From Thermodesulfobacteriota bacterium (lineage in GTDB: Bacteria > Desulfobacterota > BSN033 > UBA1163), in the NCBI GenBank assembly GCA_026415035.1, contig JAOAHX010000022.1, positions 23,026 through 55,025 on the forward strand: DNA of 32,000 nucleotides, read 5' to 3'. The notes under the pieces are model-generated. The model saw only the letters and a list, made by a program, of their open reading frames with translations. It made no database searches and was not told the DNA's origin. Each line of letters begins with the position of its first letter. Positions within the stretch are counted from its first letter, which is position 1. This document shows positions 16,734 through 23,806 of this stretch, in pieces. A program made the translations under genes and the position numbers.

Positions 16734-18098
16734 ATGGATCGGCCTGCCTTCCTTGCGTTGCTCCTTCTGCTCATCCTCTCCTCGATCCACGGGACGACCG
16801 AGGCCCTGGGCGGAGGCCATCCCTGTTGTCCTGAAGATCGGGAGCTTTCTTATCTCCTCCATCCCAAACCCACCCAGAGCTATTCCTACCTGGTCCGGTA
16901 CGAAACCTTTTTCTCCACGGTGTTGGGGAAGGAGAAGGGGTTTTTCGTCATCCTTCCCATCGATTTTTACCAAAATCCCAAAATGCGGTATCCCCACCTT
17001 TATCTTCTTCACGGGTACAATTTCCATCGGAGGGGATGGCGTTGGAAAGCCAAATCTCCCGAAGAGGTGCGGAAGCATCTCTGCGAAGCCAAGGAGGAGG
17101 AATACCATTGGCTTCTCCATGAAGACATCGCGGTGATTGCCTATGCGATGATGGATTCAAAAAATCGGACCTATCGGGAGTTGCAACGTTCCCTGGAGGA
17201 TCGGTTTTATGAGCTTTCAATCCACGGGGGTCTCCTGAAGGAGGACTACCATCCGAGGGAGATTGCCCAATCCCTTGTCCTCCATAATCTCCACCCAGGG
17301 GGAAATTTGGATGACCCCTTCCAGCCTATCCTTAAGATGGTCCTCGTTCTGCCGGACGGAGACAACGGATTCTATACCGATGAAAACGAAGGAAGGAGGC
17401 TCTTTCCCGAAACAGAAAATCGAGGGCCCTGCGATGGGTTCCACCCGAGGGAGTCTTGGAACTATTCGCTCTTCCCTTTCCTTTGGATGCAACCGGGCGC
17501 CTTAGGGCAATACGAGACCTATTTCCTCGAACTGGTCAGACATTTGGAGACCCGATCCCCTTACAGAGAGAGGCTTCTGCCCGTCAGAGGGATCGGAGGG
17601 ATGTCGATGGGCGGGTTCGGGGCCATGAAATTGGGGCTGAAGTATCCCGACCTCTTCCATTCCATCAGCAGTCAGAGCGGGCTGCTGGACCTCGAGCTCC
17701 TCAGGAATCGATGGACCCTGAAGATGGTCCTCCCGGAATTTTTGGAGGTCTTCGGACGCCTCGACCCGAAGAGCCTCCCTCCGGGTTCTCGTCTCGACCT
17801 TTTTTACATCGCTTCCAACAATCCCCTCCGCCTGCTGGCAAAAAGGGGGATCAAGCGATTGCCCCCCTGGATCTATTTCGACTATGGAGAACAAGAGGGA
17901 TATCCTTGGATCGTCGAAGGGAACCGGAATTTCGAGAAGGCCTTGGCCGCGGCGAGCCGCCGGATCTCGGCCCAGGCTTTCAACGGAACTTCCCAGCATA
18001 ATTACCAGTTCTGGCGAAGCCGGGCAGGAAATATGCTGCGGCACCACTCGGAGGTTTTCCGGGGGCTCCTTTTAGGTCATTCCGTGTCTTCGCCCTGA
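16734..18098 (+). CDS. secreted alpha/beta-hydrolase, putative esterase family
   Basis: Signal peptide MDRPAFLALLLLLILSSIHG. YLLHGY and GIGGMSMGGFGAMKLGLKYPDLF (a GxSxG nucleophile elbow) match esterase-D/PF00756-like proteins. Confidence 0.7.
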   Translation: MDRPAFLALLLLLILSSIHGTTEALGGGHPCCPEDRELSYLLHPKPTQSYSYLVRYETFFSTVLGKEKGFFVILPIDFYQNPKMRYPHLYLLHGYNFHRRGWRWKAKSPEEVRKHLCEAKEEEYHWLLHEDIAVIAYAMMDSKNRTYRELQRSLEDRFYELSIHGGLLKEDYHPREIAQSLVLHNLHPGGNLDDPFQPILKMVLVLPDGDNGFYTDENEGRRLFPETENRGPCDGFHPRESWNYSLFPFLWMQPGALGQYETYFLELVRHLETRSPYRERLLPVRGIGGMSMGGFGAMKLGLKYPDLFHSISSQSGLLDLELLRNRWTLKMVLPEFLEVFGRLDPKSLPPGSRLDLFYIASNNPLRLLAKRGIKRLPPWIYFDYGEQEGYPWIVEGNRNFEKALAAASRRISAQAFNGTSQHNYQFWRSRAGNMLRHHSEVFRGLLLGHSVSSP

Positions 18099-18101
18099 GG
18101 A

Positions 18102-19910
18102 CTACTGCTCGAGGAGCAGGCGACCGAGCCTCTCCCGCTCGATCCCCATCCATTCCCACGCCTCGACGTATACCGCTTTCCCTTTCTCGTCGTAAGGGTC
18201 GACAAGGATCTTCCTCAGAAAGAAAGGAGAATTCCTGACATGACATTCTTTGCAGCCTTTGGCCCCGAGAGCGAGGGACCCGGGCCGGACGTTGTGGTTG
18301 AGGGAGAGGTCCGTCGGTCGGGCCCTATCGTGGGGAATCTTCTCCACCGCCCCTTTTTTATCCAATCGATAGAGAAATCCTCCCTTGAGGAGGACGGGCA
18401 GCTCGGCGATGGGATTTCCGAAGCGGTCTCTTCCTTTGAGGGCGAGGAGGAAGGATCGAATCTCCTCGAGGCTGTTCACCTCTGGAACGCCGTCCCCGTT
18501 GTCATCTCGGAGGGGCGGTTTCTTCATCTCCCGGATCTTCCAGAGCGGGATGGGTCTGACGACATTCCTCTTTTCGTCCAGATCTCCCCAGTAGATCGGA
18601 AGGGCGGGCTTCACCGGTACGATCTTTCCCTTGAAATTCCTGAGACCAGGGTACCAGAGAGGGGACCTCGCTCCGGCGGAGGGGATGAAGTCCGAGGTCT
18701 CATAGATCCGTGTCTCTCCGGTGGTGTGATCATAGACGAGCTCCGCGGAAAGGGACCGGTAAGGAAGGTGGCAGGTCTGGCAGGCGATCCTCCGCAGGTG
18801 GCGGGGCGAGAAGGGGTGGCGGGGGCGGGGCGCTTTGCGATCCCTTCTTTTGTAGTGGCAGTCCTCGCAGGAAGGCATCGTCTGGTCCAGGTCGTCTCGG
18901 ACCGTCAACGAGAGGGAATCTCCCTTGGCGATCTGGTGTTCCTTGTTCCCCGGATGGCAGGAGACGCACTCCATCCCTCTGGCCCGGTGGACATCCGTCT
19001 CGGGGCTCCACTCGTATCCCCTCTTCTTTTCTCCATAGGGGGCATGGCAGGACCAGCAATTCTCGGAAGGAGGCCTTCGGACGATCTGAACATGGAGGTT
19101 TTCGAAATCGGCCACCTCCTTGTTGGTGTAATCGATCCGCGGGGAGCCGGTCTGGGCCTCAGGGGTTTGTGGAGAAGGAGGTTTGAAGGTGGCCCAGCCC
19201 GCTCCTGCCGCAGGTCCGTAGCGAAACAGCCCCGCCCTCAGAAAGGCCGCGCGTTCTTTCCATCGATATCCCGGGAGGTGGCAGATGAGACAGTCCGCTT
19301 CGTTCACCCCGCTTCGGTCCCAAGGGGCGCCGTAATTCTCATGGCCTCCGCTGAAAGGGGTATAATCCCCGTCGAGGTGAGGAGGCTCGCCAAAAAATTC
19401 ATAGCCAAACTTCCGTTTCGAGGGATCGTAGTAAGGGTTTCCCCTTCGATCGAACTCGGCCCATCCTCCTCCTGGATGGCAGGGGCCGCAATTCCGGACG
19501 TAGAAGAAGGTGGATCGATCCATTTCGGAAAAGGTCCGATTCGTTTTTCGGGAGAGGAGGCTCGCATCGGGTGAGAGGGGAGAGTATTTTCCATAGAGCC
19601 CGGAGGAGAGACTCCCGGGCGTTTGGGGATCGAAGGTGTCGCTCACCGCGATCTTCCCCGACCCATCCAGGCGGCCCTGTTGGAAGTGGTACCCCTTTGT
19701 GATCTGGTCGTAGTCGTGGCAGGCACCGCAGGTCTTTTTGGGGCTGTAGGGAGACTGGCTCCCCATCGTGAGGGGAGTTCCCTCGTGGTCCCTCAATACG
19801 ATCTTCGGATGAGGGGAAGTCCCGGAGGAGATCGAAGAAGGAGTCGGGGAGAAGAGACCAAGGCCGGCCAGCGCGATCAAAAAGAACGACCCAAAGAGGA
19901 ATCGTTTCAG
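18102..19910 (-). CDS. octaheme c-type cytochrome (8x CxxCH), exported
   Basis: The heme motifs are CGACH, CGPCH, CLICH, CWSCH, CVSCH, CEDCH, CQTCH and CKECH. The 5' end is extended to the CTG at 19910 (see finding); the first canonical start is TTG at 19880. Confidence 0.85.
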   Translation of the reverse strand: MKRFLFGSFFLIALAGLGLFSPTPSSISSGTSPHPKIVLRDHEGTPLTMGSQSPYSPKKTCGACHDYDQITKGYHFQQGRLDGSGKIAVSDTFDPQTPGSLSSGLYGKYSPLSPDASLLSRKTNRTFSEMDRSTFFYVRNCGPCHPGGGWAEFDRRGNPYYDPSKRKFGYEFFGEPPHLDGDYTPFSGGHENYGAPWDRSGVNEADCLICHLPGYRWKERAAFLRAGLFRYGPAAGAGWATFKPPSPQTPEAQTGSPRIDYTNKEVADFENLHVQIVRRPPSENCWSCHAPYGEKKRGYEWSPETDVHRARGMECVSCHPGNKEHQIAKGDSLSLTVRDDLDQTMPSCEDCHYKRRDRKAPRPRHPFSPRHLRRIACQTCHLPYRSLSAELVYDHTTGETRIYETSDFIPSAGARSPLWYPGLRNFKGKIVPVKPALPIYWGDLDEKRNVVRPIPLWKIREMKKPPLRDDNGDGVPEVNSLEEIRSFLLALKGRDRFGNPIAELPVLLKGGFLYRLDKKGAVEKIPHDRARPTDLSLNHNVRPGSLALGAKGCKECHVRNSPFFLRKILVDPYDEKGKAVYVEAWEWMGIERERLGRLLLEQ

Positions 19911-20542
19911 CGAGGGTCACCTCCCTTCAAACAGGGTCGGTCCAAGGCCCTGGGACGGGCCCCCGAGAGCCCCTTTTTCCGACGGGCGATCTCCCGTCTG
20001 GCCATCTCCTTTGCCGAATCGGTCAAGAACCATCGGCCGATGGCCTGTTCGAGGTAGGCGAGCCAAGCGGGCTGGGAGAGGTTAAACCGGTTGGCATCGA
20101 TCGCCACCCCCCTGGCCGAGTAACGCCAGAGTTTGTCCGCATCTTTCACGATCCGATCGTTGAGGGAGAGGGGCCTCTTTCTCGAATCGTGGCCACGGAT
20201 GATCCGACAGATCTCCTCCGTTTTCTCTTTCGGATAACCCATCGTCTCGAGTATCGCCTTGGCGATCTTCGCCCCTTCCCGTTCATGGATCTTCATCAAT
20301 TTAGGGTTGGTGGCCTTGGGTCCAAAGGCCTGGAGGTGGAGGGATGCCGGAATGGCCATCCACCCGACATCGTGAAGCAGGATCGCTGGGATGATGACCT
20401 CTTCGTCGCCCCCTTCCCTCTCGATGAGTTTCAAGGCGTAGCGGCGGGCGATCCGGGTGTGGACCAGATTACACCGGATCTGAAGAAAGGGCCTGGCCAG
20501 CTCAAAGATCTTCTGATAGGTGCTGCCCCTGCGGCTTTTCAC
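19907..20542 (-). CDS. HD-domain metal-dependent phosphohydrolase
   Basis: IPAILLHDVGW and VKDADKLW supply the HD-domain residues (H...HD...D). The start is placed at the GTG at 20542 after GAAGGAAGGGG, because the ORF-track start at 20740 would overlap the divergent gene. Confidence 0.65.
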   Translation of the reverse strand: MKSRRGSTYQKIFELARPFLQIRCNLVHTRIARRYALKLIEREGGDEEVIIPAILLHDVGWMAIPASLHLQAFGPKATNPKLMKIHEREGAKIAKAILETMGYPKEKTEEICRIIRGHDSRKRPLSLNDRIVKDADKLWRYSARGVAIDANRFNLSQPAWLAYLEQAIGRWFLTDSAKEMARREIARRKKGLSGARPRALDRPCLKGGDPR

Positions 20543-20559
20543 CTCAGCCCCTTCCTTCG

Positions 20560-20588
20560 TTGGGTTCGAATGGAAATTATGGTATGAT
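20560..20588 (+). promoter_or_regulatory. possible extended -10 promoter (TTGGGT-N17-TATGAT with TGg) for the 189-aa gene
   Basis: TGGTATGAT is at 20580-20588. It is embedded in the inverted repeat AATTAT-N6-ATAATT at 20575-20592. Confidence 0.4.
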
Positions 20589-20608
20589 AATTTGATCAGG
20601 GGATCAAG

Positions 20609-21178
20609 ATGAAGCGGATCTATCTGGACCGGAGGGTCTGGCAGGAGTCGAAAGAGAGCTGGGTGAGCTTCGAGAGCGATCCGAACCTTCGAATGACGAA
20701 GTGGAGTATTTATGGGCGCTGTGTCCCCTGCATCACCCATCTCTACGAGCAGTTACAGGCCGGCCGGGACGAAATCGAGTTGAAGGAGGCCTTCCACTGC
20801 TGGAAGGTGGTGGCGGTTCTGAACGATCAAGAGGAGTGCCTGGAGGTCCTCAAGGAGTACGAGGAACGGTTCCTCGGGGATCGCCCGGTCCGAGGGAAGT
20901 TCGGCTCGAGCCAACCGGAAAAGCCCACCAAGGTCTTGATGTTCCATACCGAGGACGAGGGGGAGAAAGACCGGCTTCTGAAGGAGCTGAAGGAGTGCGT
21001 GAAGAGGGTGAATCCGGAGGGAAAGGTCTTCTGTCAGAAGGCCTGTGCCAACCTCTACTATGAACTCCTGGGGGATTGGAGAGAGTGGAAAGAGGTGACC
21101 CGTATCAGGAATGCGGCGGTCCGTTCCGCATTGATCGAGCGGATCAAGAAATTGCTTTACTGGGAGAAAGACGGGTAG
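20609..21178 (+). CDS. hypothetical protein (189 aa), no recognisable family
   Basis: ATG follows an AGGGGA SD. The composition is charged and helical, with scattered Cys and His residues. Its 3' end overlaps the convergent ribK-like gene by 22 nt. Confidence 0.55.
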   Translation: MKRIYLDRRVWQESKESWVSFESDPNLRMTKWSIYGRCVPCITHLYEQLQAGRDEIELKEAFHCWKVVAVLNDQEECLEVLKEYEERFLGDRPVRGKFGSSQPEKPTKVLMFHTEDEGEKDRLLKELKECVKRVNPEGKVFCQKACANLYYELLGDWREWKEVTRIRNAAVRSALIERIKKLLYWEKDG

Positions 21179-21540
21179 AGGAGGACCTCGATCTCGATCT
21201 CATCGCCTTCTTTTAAAGAGAGGGAGGTCTGGATCTTTTGGGAGGCGATGAGCTCCACCTTGTTTTCGGGATAATGTTCCACGAGGGGAAGAACGATGGC
21301 CCCCCTCAGGCGCTGATGGATGAGGACCGGGTAACAACGAGCCCTGCAGAAGGAGGGGTCTTCCGGGACGATTTCGATCCCCTCCCTCTTTTTGAGATCT
21401 TGGTAGGCCCGAAGCGAATCGAGGTCGTGGATCTGGAGGTTGAGGGTGCCGGGATAGGGATCGATGGAAAGTTTCTCGATGAACTGTCTTCGCACCCAGG
21501 GGATCTGGGTAAATTGATTCGCCTCTTTCAACCCCCCCAC
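21157..21540 (-). CDS. archaeal-type (CTP-dependent, DUF120) riboflavin kinase-like protein
   Basis: IDPYPGTLNLQI matches the PYxGTLN motif. HYPENKVELIASQKIQTSLSLKEGDEIEIEV resembles the C-terminus of M. jannaschii RibK as I recall it. The start is a GTG at 21540, 6 nt after GAGGA. Confidence 0.65.
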   Translation of the reverse strand: MGGLKEANQFTQIPWVRRQFIEKLSIDPYPGTLNLQIHDLDSLRAYQDLKKREGIEIVPEDPSFCRARCYPVLIHQRLRGAIVLPLVEHYPENKVELIASQKIQTSLSLKEGDEIEIEVLLYPSFSQ

Positions 21541-21556
21541 AATTTTTCCTCGAATC

Positions 21557-22156
21557 TTAATGGTTCAACCCTCTCTTTTTCAGATGATTTTTGACCGTTT
21601 GGCTCCCCCAGCGGGCGAAGAGGTTGTGTTCGATATGGAAGAGGTCGAGGACCTTTCCGACGGTGTGGTTGATGAGGTCATCCATCGTCTTGGGGTGGAA
21701 ATAGAAGGCCGGGGCAGGCGGAAGGATGATCACCCCGAGGTCGGCCAGGTTCATCATCAGGTTGAGATGGCCTTTGTGGAGCGGGGTTTCCCGGACGACG
21801 AGGACCAGCTTTCGTCGTTCCTTGATCGTGACATCGGCGGCCCGGATCAGGAGGTTGAGGTTGAAAGAGTTGGCGATGGCCGAAAGGCTCTTAATCGAAC
21901 AGGGCATGACGACCATCCCGTCGGTCTGGAAGGAACCGCTGGCGATATCGGCCCCCACATCCTTGATGTCGTAGACCACCTTGGCCAGGGCCCGGACCTC
22001 CTCGACCCTCCAATCGGTCTCCATCCGGATGGTCTTCTCGCCCGCCTCCGTGATCACCAGGTGCGTCTCCACCTTGGATCTCGAGAGGACCTCGAGCAAT
22101 CGGATTCCGTAGATGGCCCCGGTGGCTCCCGAGATTCCCACGATCAACCGTTTCAT
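21557..22156 (-). CDS. ubiX: UbiX-type flavin prenyltransferase (prFMN synthase)
   Basis: MKRLIVGISGATGAIYGIRLLEVL is the start, and MVVMPCSIKSLSAIANS, VLVVRETPLH and ILPPAPAFY follow. An ATGA overlap joins it to the upstream UbiD gene stop. Confidence 0.92.
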   Translation of the reverse strand: MKRLIVGISGATGAIYGIRLLEVLSRSKVETHLVITEAGEKTIRMETDWRVEEVRALAKVVYDIKDVGADIASGSFQTDGMVVMPCSIKSLSAIANSFNLNLLIRAADVTIKERRKLVLVVRETPLHKGHLNLMMNLADLGVIILPPAPAFYFHPKTMDDLINHTVGKVLDLFHIEHNLFARWGSQTVKNHLKKRGLNH

Positions 22157-23541
22157 CTCATTCCTTTCGCCTTGAGGTCGTGGAGAAGAGGGGAGAGCCT
22201 TCGTTTTACCTCCTCCGGGACATCGACCTTTTTGAACCCCTCGGGCCTCGGCCGCGTGGCATCCAACCCCATCTTGGCGGTGAAGAACCCCTCTCCCGCT
22301 GAAGGATCGATAGGTTGTCCCCTCATCTCGGTCAATACCATGAGGTCTCGGTCGGCCTGGAAACGGGTGGCCAGGGCCCATTCGATCTCCTGATTGCTGT
22401 GAAGGTCGATGTCCGGATTGACCGCCACTGCCTTTTTGATATGGGGAAAGGAGAGGGCCAAGGCCAGGGCCCTTCGGACCTCCGCCCGGCTATCGGTCTC
22501 TATGCTTATGACCGCATGGGAGCCGAAGGTTCCGGGGACGAAGCGTATCTCCCGGATGGCGGGGACCTCCCTTTTCATCTTTGGCACAAAGTCGAGGCCA
22601 TGGACGAGGTAGAGGAGGTTGTCCACCTCGAGGCTCCAGGGCACGATGGCGTGATAGAAGGCCCCCTTTTTCAGGGTAAGGGCCGTCACCTCGATGGAGG
22701 GGCTCCTGGAGAAGCCCATGTAATAGCCGCTCGATTCTCCGAGGACCCCGTCCTCTTCCTTACCCATGGGATCGATCACGCCTTCGATCACGATCTCGGC
22801 GCGGGCGGGGATTTCGAGATCGACGGTCTCCGCCTTGACCGTCTCGATCGCCCTTCCGATGAGACCTCCCACCAGGGCGAGCTTGTCCATTCCCGGAGGG
22901 GCTTTGAGTATGGGCGCGATGAAGATCAGGGGATCCAGGCCGATGGCCGTGGCGATCTCCATCTTTCTCCGTCTCTTTTTGTACTTCTCGTAGATTTCCG
23001 AAAGGGGAGGGTTGAGCAGGGAGATCCCGAGGCGGTCTTTGCCTCTGAGTTCCATTCGGTGAAGCCCCCGTCCCATCGCGCCGGTTTCGGGATCCCGGGC
23101 GGAAGAGACCCCCGAGGTGATGTAAGGACCGGAGTCGTCCTCATAGTGGGTGAGGATGGGCAACAGCCTCCTCAGGTCGAGGCCCTTTCCCCTTTTGATG
23201 ACCTCCTTGGGGGTCTCCTCGCGGACGAGGACAGGTGGGATTTCTTGTCCGAGGCGCTTAAGAAATTCCTCAAAGAGCGTTTCGGGCTCCGCCCGGAGGG
23301 CCAGGGCCAGGCGTCTTTTCGTTCCGAGAAGGTTACCGACCACGGGCACCCGATGGCCTTTGACCCGCTCAAAAAGGATCGCTGGTGAGTCCCGCTTCCC
23401 CAGCTCCGACAGGACCGCCGAGATTTCATATCGAGGGTCCAGCGGAAGCTTGATGGAAAGGAGGTCGCCTTGGGATCTCAAGGCGTCCAGAAAGTCACCC
23501 AGCCCTGAGATTGGCCTCAAGGAGGCTCCGGAAGAGATCAT
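22153..23541 (-). CDS. UbiD-family decarboxylase/carboxylase paralog 1 (462 aa, most divergent)
   Basis: UbiD-like throughout: PAILFERVKGHRVPVVGNL, DDSGPYITSG, IATAIGLDPL. The active-site loop reads DGVLGESSGYY where other UbiD proteins have E-x-P-F-G-E/D-x-x-G-Y. The start at 23541 forms an ATGA overlap with the 85-aa gene. Confidence 0.85.
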   Translation of the reverse strand: MISSGASLRPISGLGDFLDALRSQGDLLSIKLPLDPRYEISAVLSELGKRDSPAILFERVKGHRVPVVGNLLGTKRRLALALRAEPETLFEEFLKRLGQEIPPVLVREETPKEVIKRGKGLDLRRLLPILTHYEDDSGPYITSGVSSARDPETGAMGRGLHRMELRGKDRLGISLLNPPLSEIYEKYKKRRRKMEIATAIGLDPLIFIAPILKAPPGMDKLALVGGLIGRAIETVKAETVDLEIPARAEIVIEGVIDPMGKEEDGVLGESSGYYMGFSRSPSIEVTALTLKKGAFYHAIVPWSLEVDNLLYLVHGLDFVPKMKREVPAIREIRFVPGTFGSHAVISIETDSRAEVRRALALALSFPHIKKAVAVNPDIDLHSNQEIEWALATRFQADRDLMVLTEMRGQPIDPSAGEGFFTAKMGLDATRPRPEGFKKVDVPEEVKRRLSPLLHDLKAKGMR

Positions 23542-23795
23542 TGAAATTTGTTGACCTCTTTGAGGATCTTGATCGACCAGGGCCTCTCCTGGAGTTGACC
23601 CCTTCCCAGGCGGACCCACAGAAGGTCTGGGTATTTGGTCTCCGATTTGGAGACCATGGCAATGGCGTAGGTACTTCTGTATTTATAGCGGCGATCCTCA
23701 GGGGTGAGGTCTCGGACGATCATCTCCATCTCCTGGTCTTCTGGGAAGGTGTCGGGGTCTGTCAGAATGAAGGTGTCGTACTCTTTTCTGGCCAT
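23538..23795 (-). CDS. 85-aa acidic, Cys-free protein; candidate small subunit of the UbiD-type complex
   Basis: ATG at 23795 lies 5 nt after GAGGAGGGAG and 11 nt after the UbiD-2 stop. Its stop overlaps the UbiD-1 start. Sequence: MARKEYDTFILTDPDTFPEDQEMEMIVRDLTPEDRRYKYRSTYAIAMVSKSETKYPDLLWVRLGRGQLQERPWSIKILKEVNKFQ. Confidence 0.6.
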   Translation of the reverse strand: MARKEYDTFILTDPDTFPEDQEMEMIVRDLTPEDRRYKYRSTYAIAMVSKSETKYPDLLWVRLGRGQLQERPWSIKILKEVNKFQ

Positions 23796-23806
23796 GCTCT
23801 CCCTCC

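Noticed and set aside
15138-17120. Long N-terminal extensions in the ORF track, such as 660 aa at 15138-17120. Others are 11747-13495, 21557-22381, 9073-10080, 10894-11760, 23807-25321 and 22153-23619.
   Set aside because: The extensions overlap upstream genes or intergenic promoters and have non-protein-like composition. Internal ATGs with GGAGG-type SDs or ATGA overlaps give proteins of the size expected for their families.
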